DNA from: Amoebidium appalachense
Lineage: Eukaryota; Protista; Ichthyosporea
Length of the DNA: 64,000 nt
Assembly (NCBI GenBank): GCA_963693365.1
Contig: CAVNZM010000005.1
Span: 11,555,728-11,619,727, forward strand
Direction: 5' to 3'
Shown: positions 49,149 to 63,164 of the stretch, in pieces
Layout of the letters: every line of letters begins with the position of its first letter
Numbering within the stretch: position 1 is the stretch's first letter
Program-made: the position numbers and the translations under genes
Notes under the pieces: generated by a model
The model's database searches: none
What the model saw: the letters and a program-made list of their open reading frames with translations, nothing else
Told to the model about the DNA's origin: nothing

Positions 49149-49189
49149 GTGGTAGTGTATGTGGGGGTGATGTAAGAGGGAAACAACAG

Positions 49190-49223
<34 letters not shown>

Positions 49224-49616
49224 AAAGAAGAAGAAGAAGAAGAAACAAGGCGATTTGCAGGTCGAAGGAGACACTTCAAACAGAGTCCACCGTCATGGGG
49301 TGGGCGGGGAAGGAGGAGAAAGGCGGGGGGGGGGAGAGGTGTCAGTCACGAAAAGAAAAATGAGAATAGCCAGTTGTTTAGGTTTGTGAAATAGATAAGG
49401 GGAGCATGGGTGTGTGCGTGCATGTTCCTATTTTTTTTTTATTGGTGATGGTGCTGACGATTTGGGAGGGAGAGGGAGGGAGGGGGAGGCGGCATAACCG
49501 TGTAGGTGGAAGAGGCAAGGGGTGTGGTTTTTACTAGAACTAGAACAAGGATGGTGGCATTCCTGACATGTACTAAAACGAAAAACATACTTGCTATTCA
49601 TATGGTGCGCCCGGGG

Positions 49617-49694
<78 letters not shown>

Positions 49695-50134
49695 GCTTAC
49701 TGCTGTGTAGTGGGCAAGGTGATCAACTCCCCATAGATTGTTTGAGATATGGTACAAACCAGAGGTCTCATCGACAAAGATGCCCTTAAAGTTGGGTATG
49801 TCGTTGTACATGGCGTACCATCCATCAATATCTGCCTTAATATCGGTCATGTTTCTGTGGGTGTGTGGTGGGAGGGAGGGGTGGAGAGGAGGAAGTGTGT
49901 GTGAGTGTGTGAGTGTGTGAGTGTGTGTGAGTGTGTGTGAGTGTGTGTGAGTGTGGGGGGAATAGATTCGAGTTTACGAGTCGAAGACTTCACGGAAACA
50001 GACCATGCGAACTTGGGTGGGTGGGTGGGGGGGGGGGGGGCAAGATAGGTGGAAATGTGTTTGTTCGTTGGGGCCGCTAAAGGTTTCAGGGTTGGTAGGG
50101 GAGGGCGTGATGGGATAGGGATATTAACCGTTTT

Positions 50135-50166
<32 letters not shown>

Positions 50167-50597
50167 GGGCCGGAGTGGAGGAGGGTTACCGAAGGCCGAT
50201 TTGAGTCCATTCACCGGTGGCAGGGTTGTAAGTTGTTTGCTTGGTGTAAATATATCCCACCATGATCGAATTGGCATCCGACAGCATCCGCATGCACGTC
50301 TGCGCATATATATCCAAATGGGTCAGATACGCCTCACAACCATAACCAGGTCGAGTGCGTGGCCAAGATGGTCGAATGACCTAAAACATATTCAAGCCAA
50401 GTGATTGGGGCATAAAGGTAACTTATGGGTAGAAAAACATAACCTCACCAACACCGACAGCCCAACACACCATTTTGCAGTTCGCGCGCACAAACTTGTA
50501 CATGAAGTATGACACACACACCACCCACTGAATCTCATCGCACAACACACAAACATGCGCCTACCCACCCGTGCACGCACACATACACACACACAAA

Positions 50598-50628
<31 letters not shown>

Positions 50629-50846
50629 GCACAAGCGCGCGCACACACACACACCACACACCACACACCTTGTAGTCTGTACGGCTATCGGTTATCGCTC
50701 CAGGTCCATTGTTATAATTGACGATTGCCAACAGCCCGTTGCAGGCCCGCGATGCACTTAGCCACCCGGGAGAATTGCATACCTTTTTTTTTTTTTTTTT
50801 TTTTTTTTTTGGTGGTGGTGGTGGTGGTGGTGGTGGTGGTGGTGGT

Positions 50847-50924
<78 letters not shown>

Positions 50925-52128
50925 AAAGTATGGGTTAGAGGGTTAACAGGATCAAAGAAGAAACCGAGCTAAAAACAAGAACTATCATGGCAAAACCAAA
51001 GCATAACTCAAAGACACCATAAGAAATGTGCAACCAAAGAGAGACACTTTTGGGGAGGGAGGAGGGTAGAGGGCTACATCGTACAAGTACACAGTTACAA
51101 GGGACAACACATGCAAAATGCAAAGCACACACGAGTAATATGCACCAACCCTGTAGGAATATGCACCAACCCTGTAGGATACGGGGAGGGGGGGGGGGGG
51201 GGGGGGGGGGGAGGAACAATACCGTAACATTAGACGCATTCACTGTAGTACTTGCACCCCAGTAGAGAGGCAACAACACCTTAGGCCTGACCCCATTAGC
51301 CACCGTATACAGACAGTTTGCACCCGGGCATAGTGTTGTAGCACACTGCATCGTACCAGATCCAACACACGCAGCACCACCCCCAGAAGGTGGAGGGTTT
51401 GTACACGTGCGCGTTATTGTTGCAAACGTTCCACACGGACCGGAACATGTGCTCCAGTTTGCCCAGTTACCGTCAATCTTACATGCAGTGGTGGTGCACT
51501 GCATTGTACTTGCACCAACACACGTCGCACCTCCGTTTATGGGTGCAGGGTTTGTGCACGTGCGTGTGCGCACACCGTTTGTGCTACTACATGGGCCCGT
51601 GCATGGACCCCATGCAGCCCAGCCACCATTGAGTCGTAGGTTGTAGTGGTAGAAGGTGTAGCTGCTGCTGTAGGTCATTTGGGCACTAGTGGTCATGGAG
51701 ACCATCCTGTAGGGGGGGGAGGGGTTATAACGAGGTATATAATTCAGGGGGGGGGGGGGGGGGAGGAGGACTCGGAAGGGGAGGGACGAGGGGTGGGGTG
51801 GGGTGGGGTGGGGGGTGGGGGGGCTGAATTCGGCACGCGGTGCGAAGTACAGACTCCACGAGTAGAATGGCGAAAGTATGGCCAAAAAAAAAAAAAAATA
51901 ATAATAAAAAAGATGAAGGGACACACACACACATTACAAATGTGAACCCAGGCTTTCTGATGTATCGTACCGAATCTTGTAACAACGGGAGGAGACGAGT
52001 GCAGTGCATACAGCAAAATGGAAAAACACCTCAAACACTTCATTCACCGGGTAGGAGAGGTCCTATAGAGCTTCATGGATTCTGAGAAACGTTTGGGGTT
52101 GAGGGGTGGGTGAGTGGGTGGGCGGGTT

Positions 52129-52196
<68 letters not shown>

Positions 52197-53104
52197 CGCG
52201 CGCGCGTCACCTACCAACATGCCTGGGCATTGAAAATGAAGCCGTTGCATGTGGGGGTCTGCATGCACATGGCCTGACACTGGTTGATGGACAGTTTGAA
52301 ACCCCCACGGCCCAAATTGCGAGTTGACGTCATGGTGGGGTAGGCCCTCCACCCAGCAGAAGCTGTGGCATTGAATCAGTAAACGCAAGAAATTATCTTT
52401 AAACAAAAACAAGACAGCATATTCAAAGAGATATACGGAGATATCCCTAAGAAAACTCGGTATCAAGCAGCATGTATAGGTCCTACCCGCTAACAACAAT
52501 TGAGCTGTAGGCTGACATTGCAAGTGGGTGGACTCTAACATTGATGTGCATCTGCCGTGTGTCATCTGTATCTGGGAATACACAAATGCACAAATATACG
52601 CGTCACGGTCCATACAAGGGCACTCATGCTACTCTGCCGATAAAAAGTCCTCCAAAAGAAGAAAAGGTAAAAAAGGAGAGGCAGCAGGAAAACAAAACTA
52701 TAAGGTGGCTGTAAAATTACCGCTGACCGGCACGGGGGTGGAGGGGTGATTTCAGTATTTACTTTTATTTTTCTATTTTCATTTCTTTATTTCTTTAATT
52801 TTCATTTTTTTGGGGGGGGGGGGGGAAGGGGAAGGGGGGTTCTTCGTACGTGTTCTGAAATCAGCACATGTAGGGCAGAGGCAGTGTGCGGCCGTAGCAC
52901 CACACCTAGTGCCTGAGCAGCAGAATGCATTGGTGCTGGCTGGGTTGCACTCGGCTGGCAGCCCAGTGAACGGCATAAGCACTGAGCGGCCACATAAACC
53001 ATCCGTGCGATACTCTGTAGTGGAGTATAAAATGTGCGTTAGATATGTATATGCGAGCGCATGTGTGTGTGGTGGTGGCGATGGTGGCTTCCTTTTTTTT
53101 TTTT

Positions 53105-53135
<31 letters not shown>

Positions 53136-54472
53136 GAAGGGGGGAGGGGAGAGGGAAGGGTGGGAAATAGAGGGTTGCAAGTTGAGTGGGCGTCAGTCGT
53201 TCGAATGAGGAAATGATACTTGTATAGCAGCATTCTTTGTATTGCAGCCTTCGAAACAGAAAAAGTGTTGAGATGGCTGCGAGAAGGGCTCTCTAAGCTA
53301 GTCGATGTGGATGAGGGGTCGTTATGCTATATACGAACACATGTGTAGAACACGATTCACTCTGATTGGAAACAGACAGGGAGCAAGCAACGTGGGGCAT
53401 ACACACACACACAAAAAAAAGGATGCTGTGTGGAGGTTGAAAAGAAGTATGGGGAGGGAGGAGAGGGGCAGGAAAAGCGGGGGGGGGGGGGGGGGGGGGG
53501 GGGGGGGAGCGTGCTAAGCTGCAGGACATGCGAATTTACGACAACCGCAGTATATGCACACACATTATGTGCACAACATAAGCAGGGGAGGCTCTCGCCA
53601 TCCTATATATCCAGGGAAATTGTGTGTGTGTGTGGGGGGTTTCAACTCACTTGGCCTGAAATTTCTGCAGTTAGCGCCGCAACTGCAGTAGGAGGTGCCG
53701 GTGCCGCAGTAGAGGTTGGGCCCACAGCAGTGCCGGGTGGTGCTGTCGGGGTCACACTGTGCAATCTGCAAAAACCCCCAAAAGTGAGAATAGGACCCCA
53801 ACGTCCGAAACATCTGAAAACAATTTCAGTTAGCAAATTACGATGACGGCTTGTTAGGATCTGAATGGGCTGTCAAAACTCAATGTTGTAGAAGATCTTC
53901 TTCATGACTACAGGCTAGGAGTAGTTTTTGTAAGAAAATGGGACGACGAGCACATGAATGATTGTGAGTTTAACACACACACACACACACACACACACGC
54001 GCGCGCATGCGCCCGCACAACCCAAGAACACCTCTACCCACACACACAAAAGGGCAAGGAGGTGAAAGAGACGTAGAAGTAGAGAGTAGAAGATGCAAGA
54101 TACATGGCTTGATTATGCACTTTCTTCTTTTTTTCTTGCCAACAGGGTTGACCGGTTTGCCCCAAGGCCCAAAACTTACCTTCCCGTTGGGTGCTCTGAA
54201 TGTGCCGCCACACCGATAGTCTGACCTCCAAGCTGTAAGAAGAACAGATATGGCGTGTCAGTACCTACAATTTTAAAAGATCAAATACCTCAAGAAAGTT
54301 ACGTATTATTGCAAGCCCACAACTACAAATACAAAACATAATGTTATGAAGAACAGAAAGGCTCACACGTACGCACACAAAAGCTCTGTGCATTCATGCA
54401 AAGTGTTCCTTCTGTGGGCCGCACACCTTTTTTTCCCTTTCTTTCTTTCTTTCTTTCTTTTTTTTTTTTTTT

Positions 54473-54503
<31 letters not shown>

Positions 54504-55694
54504 GGGGAGGGAGGGGGGAACCTGCAAATACGTTTGGTGAAAACAGGAGGACGGGGCTACCAGTAAAACCCAAGACACCACATACATTAAGAAAACCATG
54601 CAAAAACCATGCAATAACCAGTCGAAAACATGTGAGGGGAAGAGCCAGAACATTTCCATAGACTTGCCTGGGCGGTAGTCTATGCACCCAGTGCATGCAC
54701 AGTACAGGGTGTTTGAACACCAGCCAGTTGCACTGCAGCACGGCTTGGTGCTGCTTGGGTTGCACGAGGCCCAACCACCCATAGGCCCGGCAAAATTCGG
54801 GCCACAGCGACCATCGAGTCGGGTATTTAGGGCCGGGCTGACTGCAGAAACACCCAGACTCGACCCGGGGCCCTGGCCTGCAGGTGCTCCTACTGGGGGA
54901 ATGACGATTTGGTCTGGAGAGGGGTGAGTGGTTGCATGAGTTGGGTGTTGTGCTGGAAAGGAAAAAAATACATGCATGCAAGCTGGAGGTGCACAGACAT
55001 GTGTGTGTGCTTGTGAACATTGTCATTGTAATTGCCTGTAGTCCAGTTTCTGCTGTGCGTTCAAAATCTCCCCCCTGAAAAGGCGCGTGCTAAACTCGTG
55101 TGTATTCTTCTCTGATGCCCAAGAAGCACACACAATCATTCTTTAATCATTACTGTCGCACTACAAGTAGCTCTCAACCTGAGTTCTAGTCACTCCAGCT
55201 CCCCCCCCCCCCCCCCCCCCCTACCCCTCTCCCCGTCTCATCTCTTGCCGCAATCTTCTAAGTCGTGCTCAGAGTTCAATACCCCCCTAAGGCGTTGTTG
55301 TTATGTGTAGTGTCAGCCCAAGCAGTCTTCTTTTAGGTCACACAGCGCCCCACTTACTTTGCAATTTCACCTTGTACGGCTGCGAAAACTGAAACGCAGG
55401 GCCATTGTTCGGGACCACATCGATGCCAATAGGCTGGCTACTGCTTTGCGTAACAGCCGCTGGTGCCAACCCACCACTTGCAGTTGTAGTGGTCGTGGTG
55501 GTGGGTTTAGGTTGGGTGGTGGTGGTACTCGGGGCACGAGTTATCGAATTACTTGTTGTTGTTATTAACGTTGTCGTTACATTTGGTGTGAATGTTGTTG
55601 TGGTACCAGAGATCTCGCTTTGAGCAACAACACTAAGGTTGAATGATGCAGCCAAAAGCAAGGCTGCACAAAGACTGACACTACCTTTTGCCAT
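47414..55694 (-). CDS. Secreted modular protein: Thr-rich + 3 hevein/chitin-binding-like + PAN/apple + 2 TSP1 + spherulin-4 (GH135/Sph3-like) domain
   Basis: 13 exons: 55694-55358, 54913-54668 (GC donor), 54232-54180, 53765-53651, ~53014-52850, ~52362-52215, ~51707-51223, 50782-50669, ~50299-50190, ~49854-49701, ~48971-48811, ~48255-48104, 47567-47414. Signal peptide; DGRCGP..CNP..CCS..GWC..C.C..C.DYR repeats; CQAMC..TPTCNGF...CW; WAAWGPC...RTRTCTNPAPINGG. Spherulin-4 motifs VLLPLY, IVNYNNGPG, MVGYIYT, GIFVDE, IVLNPG, VAYE, YVYMTD...NPWASLSSYW. Confidence 0.88.
49009..49112 (-). mobile_element. 104-bp 5'-truncated copy of the Penelope-like element 3' end, embedded in poly(C)
   Basis: The reverse complement matches 27121-27224 with one substitution. 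G/C homopolymers on both sides. Confidence 0.9.
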
Positions 55695-58606
55695 TTTTGA
55701 GTGGTGCTAAGAACTGATGTGAGCTGTGGCGAACATCAGCGTCTTGCTTTATGTAGCCCAAAAAAAAAAATAAAAAAAATAGAGTTTCTACTGCCCGATA
55801 TGCTCTTGTAGATTGCACGACTGTTCGTGGAATACTTAGCATCACAAGCTTCGCTTTAAGTGTGAAGGAGTGGAGTTGTACAGTGCCTTTCTACTTTGCG
55901 TCACTTCCAGGGTAACAAAGTAGTAAACATACGCCCAAGATTCAGTTGGCGCCTTTTCCAAGTTTTTGACCAAGACAAAAAATGAGCACGAAAAAAAAAC
56001 GGGACTGGCCCATGGCGAAGCTGTGTCACTGATATAACCACCCACCGTGCCACGTACACGTCATCGAGGGTGACCCCATAAACGGTTATGATTGGACGCT
56101 CGGTATAAATTCTAAACCAATCAGTAGCGACCAAAGGATGTCCCCACAACCTTCTAGAGCGGACCTGGGGGAGCCAAATTCTCGGCAGTTCACGGTTTAT
56201 TTAATTATATACGCACTTTTTTGTTATGTATGTTTTCTTTATGTTAAAAAAGCATTATAAATCAAAATAAAACAATTAAAAGCTATATTCAATTTTTTAC
56301 GGGCCTTTTCATGATTCCTGGTTTACTGAAAGTGAAATCTTTGAAAGTACATATTCGGAAAATGCGCTTATTTTTATTTTAATGTTGCAAGAGAGTTTTG
56401 AGAGATAGAAGTACATCCTTTCTACAGTGTGCACCTCCTAAACTTCACTCTGCTGATAGCAGGAAAAAGGCCAAAATATTGTAGGTCAGAGTAGACTCAT
56501 CAACAGCTGCGCATGCAAGCTGTATGGCTACGTGTTCAATCACAAATTACAGTTGTTTGGTCAAAAAGCCTCTCTATGTAGAAATCAGTTACTTGAAACA
56601 AGTTCTTTAAATGCAATCATGTACATCAAAGTATCAGTCGTCAATTTTACTATGATAGGTAGTTCTAGCCGTAAATTCATTCGCATATCTGACCAAAGTT
56701 TTGTGATACTCATAATTTCATAAAGAAACGCCACCAGAAACGCGTCAGCCATGCGCAGCGGTGACGTCTGTCTGTCTGCTATTTTTCTTTCCACTATATT
56801 TATCGAAGTATAAAATACTGTTTTTTTTTTCTGAGGCCCACAGTGTTCCACAAGAGACAAATCCTGAAGGAGATATTTCAAACAGAGATAGTTGCCTTCT
56901 TCCTTTTGTATCTATGGGGATATTGGAATTCCGTCCTTGTTCACTGCCCACAAGTGACGGTATATCCTTGCCCGCATGCGTATGCACGAGTCACCTTGAA
57001 TCTTGTACAAAAAAATAGTACACATACGCATACATGTTAAATAAAGCATAAAATCTGTGTACGCTGAAGCACTTGTGCTAAGGCTTCGTCCGCTGAGCCT
57101 ATAACGGCTGCCCGATGTGAAGTGTAACAAATTCCGGAACCCTGGCGGGCCGGGGGTCTAAACGTTCACCACCAGTCACCGTACCCACCGTGGGGACTGG
57201 GAACATTCGGGCACCAAATGACCGAGAAGTGTCCCTGTTTTTGAAGTTGGATACGGTATATTTTCAAAATGCGGCCCCAGCAAGGCCAAATTCATAAGAA
57301 CTTTCACCCCACACGACAATTGATTCAACTGCTTTCGCCCAGGCTGAATGCAGTGTTACATGCAGTGACCAAAAGAACCCCGGTACCAAAACAATAATTG
57401 CACACCCTGGTTTGAACACGTTTGTGACATGATCATGATGGTATGGAGGCAAGCATCTGAACCAATCGTCCTGGAGTTTCGCACATTCCACTCAGATCTT
57501 CCGAAAGTCGGACCTTTGAAAACTCTAACACGTGTTATAAACACCGCGCACACAGTCGCGTGGGCAATCCACTATCGAGGGGGAATGTGCTGTTTATTAA
57601 CGACAAGGTGAGTTGTGATGAGTTGTCGGCACCAAGGCCAACAGTACTTCCAACCAACAAGATATACTTGTAATAAAATCGGTGTTACACTTACATCATA
57701 CAAATTTTAAGTGGAGATATAACGTATCAAATAGACTCTCATATGGGGGGGGAATGTGCTATGTGGAGATCCTGAGTACAAACTTTGAATGCCTGGACTC
57801 CGAGTCTGGGGGCTTTCGAACACCGGGCCATCTTGAACAGCGACTGTGGCCACGTGCTTTCAAATGGCCTGTCTGTACCTGTGCCTATGCGTTTACAGAA
57901 CTTCCGCTCATTACAAGGGTTCAGGTTCAGAAGAAGAAGTTCAGATCAAAGCTGATCACGACGAAACGAGTCCAACGACACTGCTAAAGTCAAGGTGGGC
58001 GTCACGGCGGTGTAGGACACTGTAGGCCTACCGGGCAGGTGTGTGCTTGTATTACACTCGTCTGACACGTACTGATAGTGTCACGCGCCATCTCTGCAGG
58101 TTAGATCGGCTCGCCGACCGTCGGCCAATTTTTCCTTCCTTCTTCGCATGCCCCGCAGTCTTTTTTCTTCACAGCCTAGCTAGCGCAGCAATCACTTCGC
58201 GTACACAGATATCGATGAGCATTGTCATTACTAGCGAGACATTTCTGCTGAGGTAGGAAGGAAAATGAGGCACCACCTCAGTAAGTGGTAGACTCAGTGT
58301 GTGCGGCGTGTAATATGCAATGAGAGAGAGCGAGAGAGAGAGAGAGTGTGTGTGTGTGTGTGTGTTTGTGTGTGTATGTATGTATGTATACGGTGCATGC
58401 GTGCATGTACGTGTTGCATGTGTGTGTGTACCGCGTGTGAACAGCTCGTACCTGACTTTTTCAATTTACGCTGTCCTCAAGCTAAGTGAGTAAGCTAAGC
58501 TTAAGCAGTTAGCAGCATGCTCTCTTCCAATATGACCAGTCATTTAATACTACAAGTACCGTGCACGTGGCACCTCAGGCTGATAATTGTCGTCATCGAC
58601 ACTACT

Positions 58607-58700
58607 ACGTACTGACGTGTTGCCGCACGTGCGATGTTATACATCTACTCTAATAACACGTACTGACGTGTTGCCGCACGTGCGACGTTATACATCTACT
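58607..58700. repeat. ~51-bp tandem duplication
   Basis: ACGTACTGACGTGTTGCCGCACGTGCGAYGTTATACATCTACT occurs twice. Confidence 0.85.
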
Positions 58701-59420
58701 TGTGGCGGGGGTCCCTTTTTGCAAAAAAAGAAAAAGAAAAAAAAAAAAAAAAAGAAAAGGAAAAGGAGACACCGCCTCAGTAGGTGGTAGTCATCGACAG
58801 GCAGCTAGCTATAGGTCATGATCAGAGTCCTAATAAAATAACCTCCTGGCTTCACAGCTTATAAGATGTCAGATGGTGGCCATCTGGCTCCCTGTGATCA
58901 TGATCATGACGTACTCCAGCTGCTGGGCCCAAGGCTCAGCCACTCACTCCTACCTATAAAGGCTTGTTGACGTCAATGCGAACATGTGGGAACAAACGTA
59001 CCAGATGTCGTTGAGTCCATCCAATTGCAAGCTTGGGGCTGATGATATCACAGATATCCAAGACATGGCCAGTATTATCAGATCTAGATGGTCCGGGTTT
59101 TCACTGTCACCTACTGAGGTGACTCGTATTTTTCCTTACACACACAGCGAACACTGGACTCTCGGGACCGTAGAGCCGCCGCGAGAGAAAGCATGCACAC
59201 GGTCGCGAGAGTGTAAGGAAAAATCGAGGGCTTGAGGCGAACGGCAAGTTCATACTGCGGCAGCCCAGGCACCGTCAGTACGTGCCAGGGGTTTTCATGA
59301 TCATGTTCCATCCGAAGCGCTGAGGTAGCGCAGAGAGAAGACTCGGCCGGAGAGGGAGAGGGAGAAAGAGGGGGGGAGGGGATGGGGGGGGGGGGGAGAG
59401 AGAGAGAGAGAGGGGGGGGG

Positions 59421-59501
<81 letters not shown>

Positions 59502-60605
59502 TGAGAACAGAGAGATGCATGGGGGAGATAGGGAGGGAGCGAGCGAAGCCTTGGGGGGGGGTTACCTATAAGAGAGAGATTAGAACACACATCTACACAC
59601 ACACACACACACACATACACACGTTTACACACACACACATAAAAAGACGCACAGCGCACAGGCACACACACACACAACAACAAGCTAGAGAGAGAGAGAG
59701 GAGAGAGGGAGAGAGAGGCTGTGGAGACAGGGGTCAGGCCCCGGTGTGCACGGTATGGTCAAGGGGGGGGGGGGGGGGGTCGGGGGGGGGTTGTATTTGA
59801 AAAACCTATGGCATGTGATGAATTGATCGATGAATTGAAGCTGCGCGCAGAAGGCGGTGTGCACCACAAATGAAACATGTAAGTGAACAAAAATCACAGC
59901 TCACGGGGCCCTCTTTCTTCATTAATTTCTCGTTCACGAATCGGTACGTGCTTTATTGCAATGATATTGGCGCGATTCCTACTGTAACATAGCTGTTCCA
60001 GGTCACACGGGAAAGATCCGGTTGGCAAACATTCGAAAAAACTCAACACACACCCCACTGGCAGCTAAATATCAGGTGCACACATACAACTAAACTAACA
60101 ACATGTCATACTACGAGGAAAATCCAAATCAGCCGCTTTGCGCACAGCAGAGCAGCATTATCATTCGGAATTGAAGAAGCAACATGGAAACATACTTGCA
60201 CGGTGACTATTTCACTGCCGAGTATCCTTCAGTACAAAGTTAAGTCAAAGGAAGCACAAAAACCAAAGCCCCCCCCCCCCCCCCCCCCCCCCCTCCCTCA
60301 CCACACCACCACCACCCGGGGGCAACATGCAAGTCATTTAACAAAAAATACTACTAAATAAAACGAGATGGAAAATAAGACGTGCCCCCCCCCCCCCCCC
60401 CACTTCCTTGCTCGTCCCAACAAATCAACACTAACACCGCCACCAAAGGAAAAAAAAAAGGAAGGGAAAGAAAAAGAAAAGACATAGGCCCAAAAGACCA
60501 AATTTCTCTTCCCAACCATCCCTCTCCACCATTCATAAACACCATACTAGGCTAACAAGGATCATAAGCTAAGCAGGAACCACACACACACACAACTGCA
60601 TACGC

Positions 60606-61412
60606 CTACACCACTGTAGCTGGTTTTGGTGCGGCATTTAGTTGCCGTGCAAATGCCGTTAACCTGTGGTAGACCGTACGTGCCCCCTCTATCTGCTCGG
60701 CTAGGGCCACCCTCTCCCCCGTCAGTAGCTCCTGTTTGGCTGACTCACTCTGGCCTAGCCCCTCTAGTTCTTGCTTGACCTCCTCCTCAAGACGCACTGA
60801 GCGGAAACACATAAGTAAGAAGGAAAAAACATTAAGTGAAAGGGGAAAAACATAAAGTGGGAAGGGAAAAACATATGCGAGATGGATGAAACTTAAGGGA
60901 GAAGAAAAAAGGATAGGCGAGACATCGCGTGCCATGGCGGAATGGAACACATATTCCTACTTTATTTTTTATTTATTATATAGCGACTGCTACTATAGCT
61001 TCAATAGCGTGATTGATGTTGTTACCACCCAGCGATAAAGGTGGTGGATGGCGCGTTAAAGAGAACGACCAAAACCAAACCGTATCCGGATGTTTATTGA
61101 CAGGGTTCCCATCCTTTTCACCATATATGGTAACTGGGCAATAGTGTCGGGAGTCACCGAGCCTGCCTGACGAGAGAGTTTTTTTTTTTTTTTTGGAAAG
61201 GAGGGGGGGGGGGGGGGGGGGGGGGGATGCCCATACTTAAAAGAAAAAGAGGTAAAGGGGAGAGGGGGAGAGTGGCAGTGAGATGGGGCCGGGAGGGGAA
61301 GGGGGGACAAAAAGAGAGAGAGAAGAGGGTATAAACGATGAAAGTCGTTCGGAAAGGAGATGAGACGGTGTGTGTGTGTCTAAATGTGTGCGTGTGTGTG
61401 CGCGCGTACGCG

Positions 61413-61455
<43 letters not shown>

Positions 61456-62073
61456 TGGCGGGGAAGGGGGGGGGGGGGGGGGGAGGGGGGGGATTATAGT
61501 ACCTCTGTGAGACATGACCTGTTGGCGCATAACCCTGGATGTGGATCGGAGCATCTCCTGTACCCGCCAAAACAGTACTATGTCCTGGTGGTGTGCACGT
61601 GGTTAGAGGTCTGGCCATGGGGCGCGCACACACACACACGCACATGCACACGCACGTGCATGCACATCTACACGTACAAAAACACGTGCACACGTACAAA
61701 AGCACGTGCATGCACATCTACACGTACAAAAACACGTGCATGCACATCTACACGTGCATACGTCGCTTGCCCCAAACATCCTGGCGGTTCCTCTCACTAC
61801 CAAAAGCCTCGTGTGACTCCCTTCGCGTTACATCATCTCCCATCCACCCCCTCCCCCTCCCTCCCCCCCCACCCAACCACCACCACCACACACACACACA
61901 CACAGCAACAACAAAAAAACATAAACACGCACACACACATGCACACATTCGGATCCACCATATACGTGCTTGAGTGTGGTAGTGTGTGTGTTTGTACTCG
62001 AGCGCGTACATCCATCGTGCACGTCTGTGTGGGTACCCCCCCCTCTCCCCTCTCCCCCCCCCCCCCCCCCCCC

Positions 62074-62127
<54 letters not shown>

Positions 62128-63133
62128 GGGGGGAGGGGGGGGGTAATATTTGACGTACCTGGCATCCGAGGTTATTCGGGACCTTGCCAAGCCTGTGTTC
62201 GGGCACCTGATACATGGGCCTGCACGTGCACAGTTAGCAACAATGACTGCACAGGGGACCCTCACTATACCAAGCTATCTCTTTGCCCAGACACCTCCCT
62301 TGAAGACACACATACCGGGAGATTTTGGTAAAAACACTCTCCACTTTGTATAACAGAAGCAACTCGGCAAATTAGGAACAATCATAGCACAATAGTCAAG
62401 GCGCAACTCAGATACATGTGCGGGTATGTTCTTGTTTTACCTCTGTTGGCTGAACCCACACCACATGCACGCCTCTGCAAACGGTCATCCTCCCCTCCCT
62501 CAATCCTCCTGTGCCCCCCCCCCCCCCCCCTCCCCCCCCTTCTCCCCCTCCCCCCTCCCTCTCCACCCATCTCCCCATACACACACACAGAGAAAACTCA
62601 GCAATCTAACAAGCAAGACTGTAACGACAGATAGCAGCACACGTCATTTCATCAAAGGGGGTGGAAGGCAGGTGGCTGGGGGGTGGGGAAGAACCAGAAG
62701 CTTGAAGCACACGAACTCATAAACCAAGGGGTAAAGGGAACGTTATTGATCAGCAAAATGCAAGATTATACACACAAATACGGTCGTGGTGGTGCTGGTG
62801 CTGCTAGTGGTAGTGGTAGTGGTGGTGTGTTTGGGGGGGGGGGGGGGGGGGGGGGAGGGGGAGGAAGGGAGGAGGGGGGGGGGGGGGGGGGGAGGGGGTT
62901 TTGGCACACACCGGCAATAAGCAGCACTCTGAGCACTTCTCTTCAAAAAGTCATCCATGTACATGGCCTCATAAACCTCCCGAATCTGTAGATGGCACTT
63001 GTTAGATGCACATATGCATACGGGTAGCATAGGGCACAACTCGAACAAAACCCAAGGGAGGTTAAGAACGAAGAAGTGGGGAAAAGAAGAAGGGAGGGGG
63101 GGGGGGGGGAAGAGGGAAGAGAGAAAGAGAGGG

Positions 63134-63164
<31 letters not shown>

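Noticed and set aside
54662-54667. GC splice donor
   Set aside because: An ordinary GC-AG variant with otherwise consensus GCAAGT.
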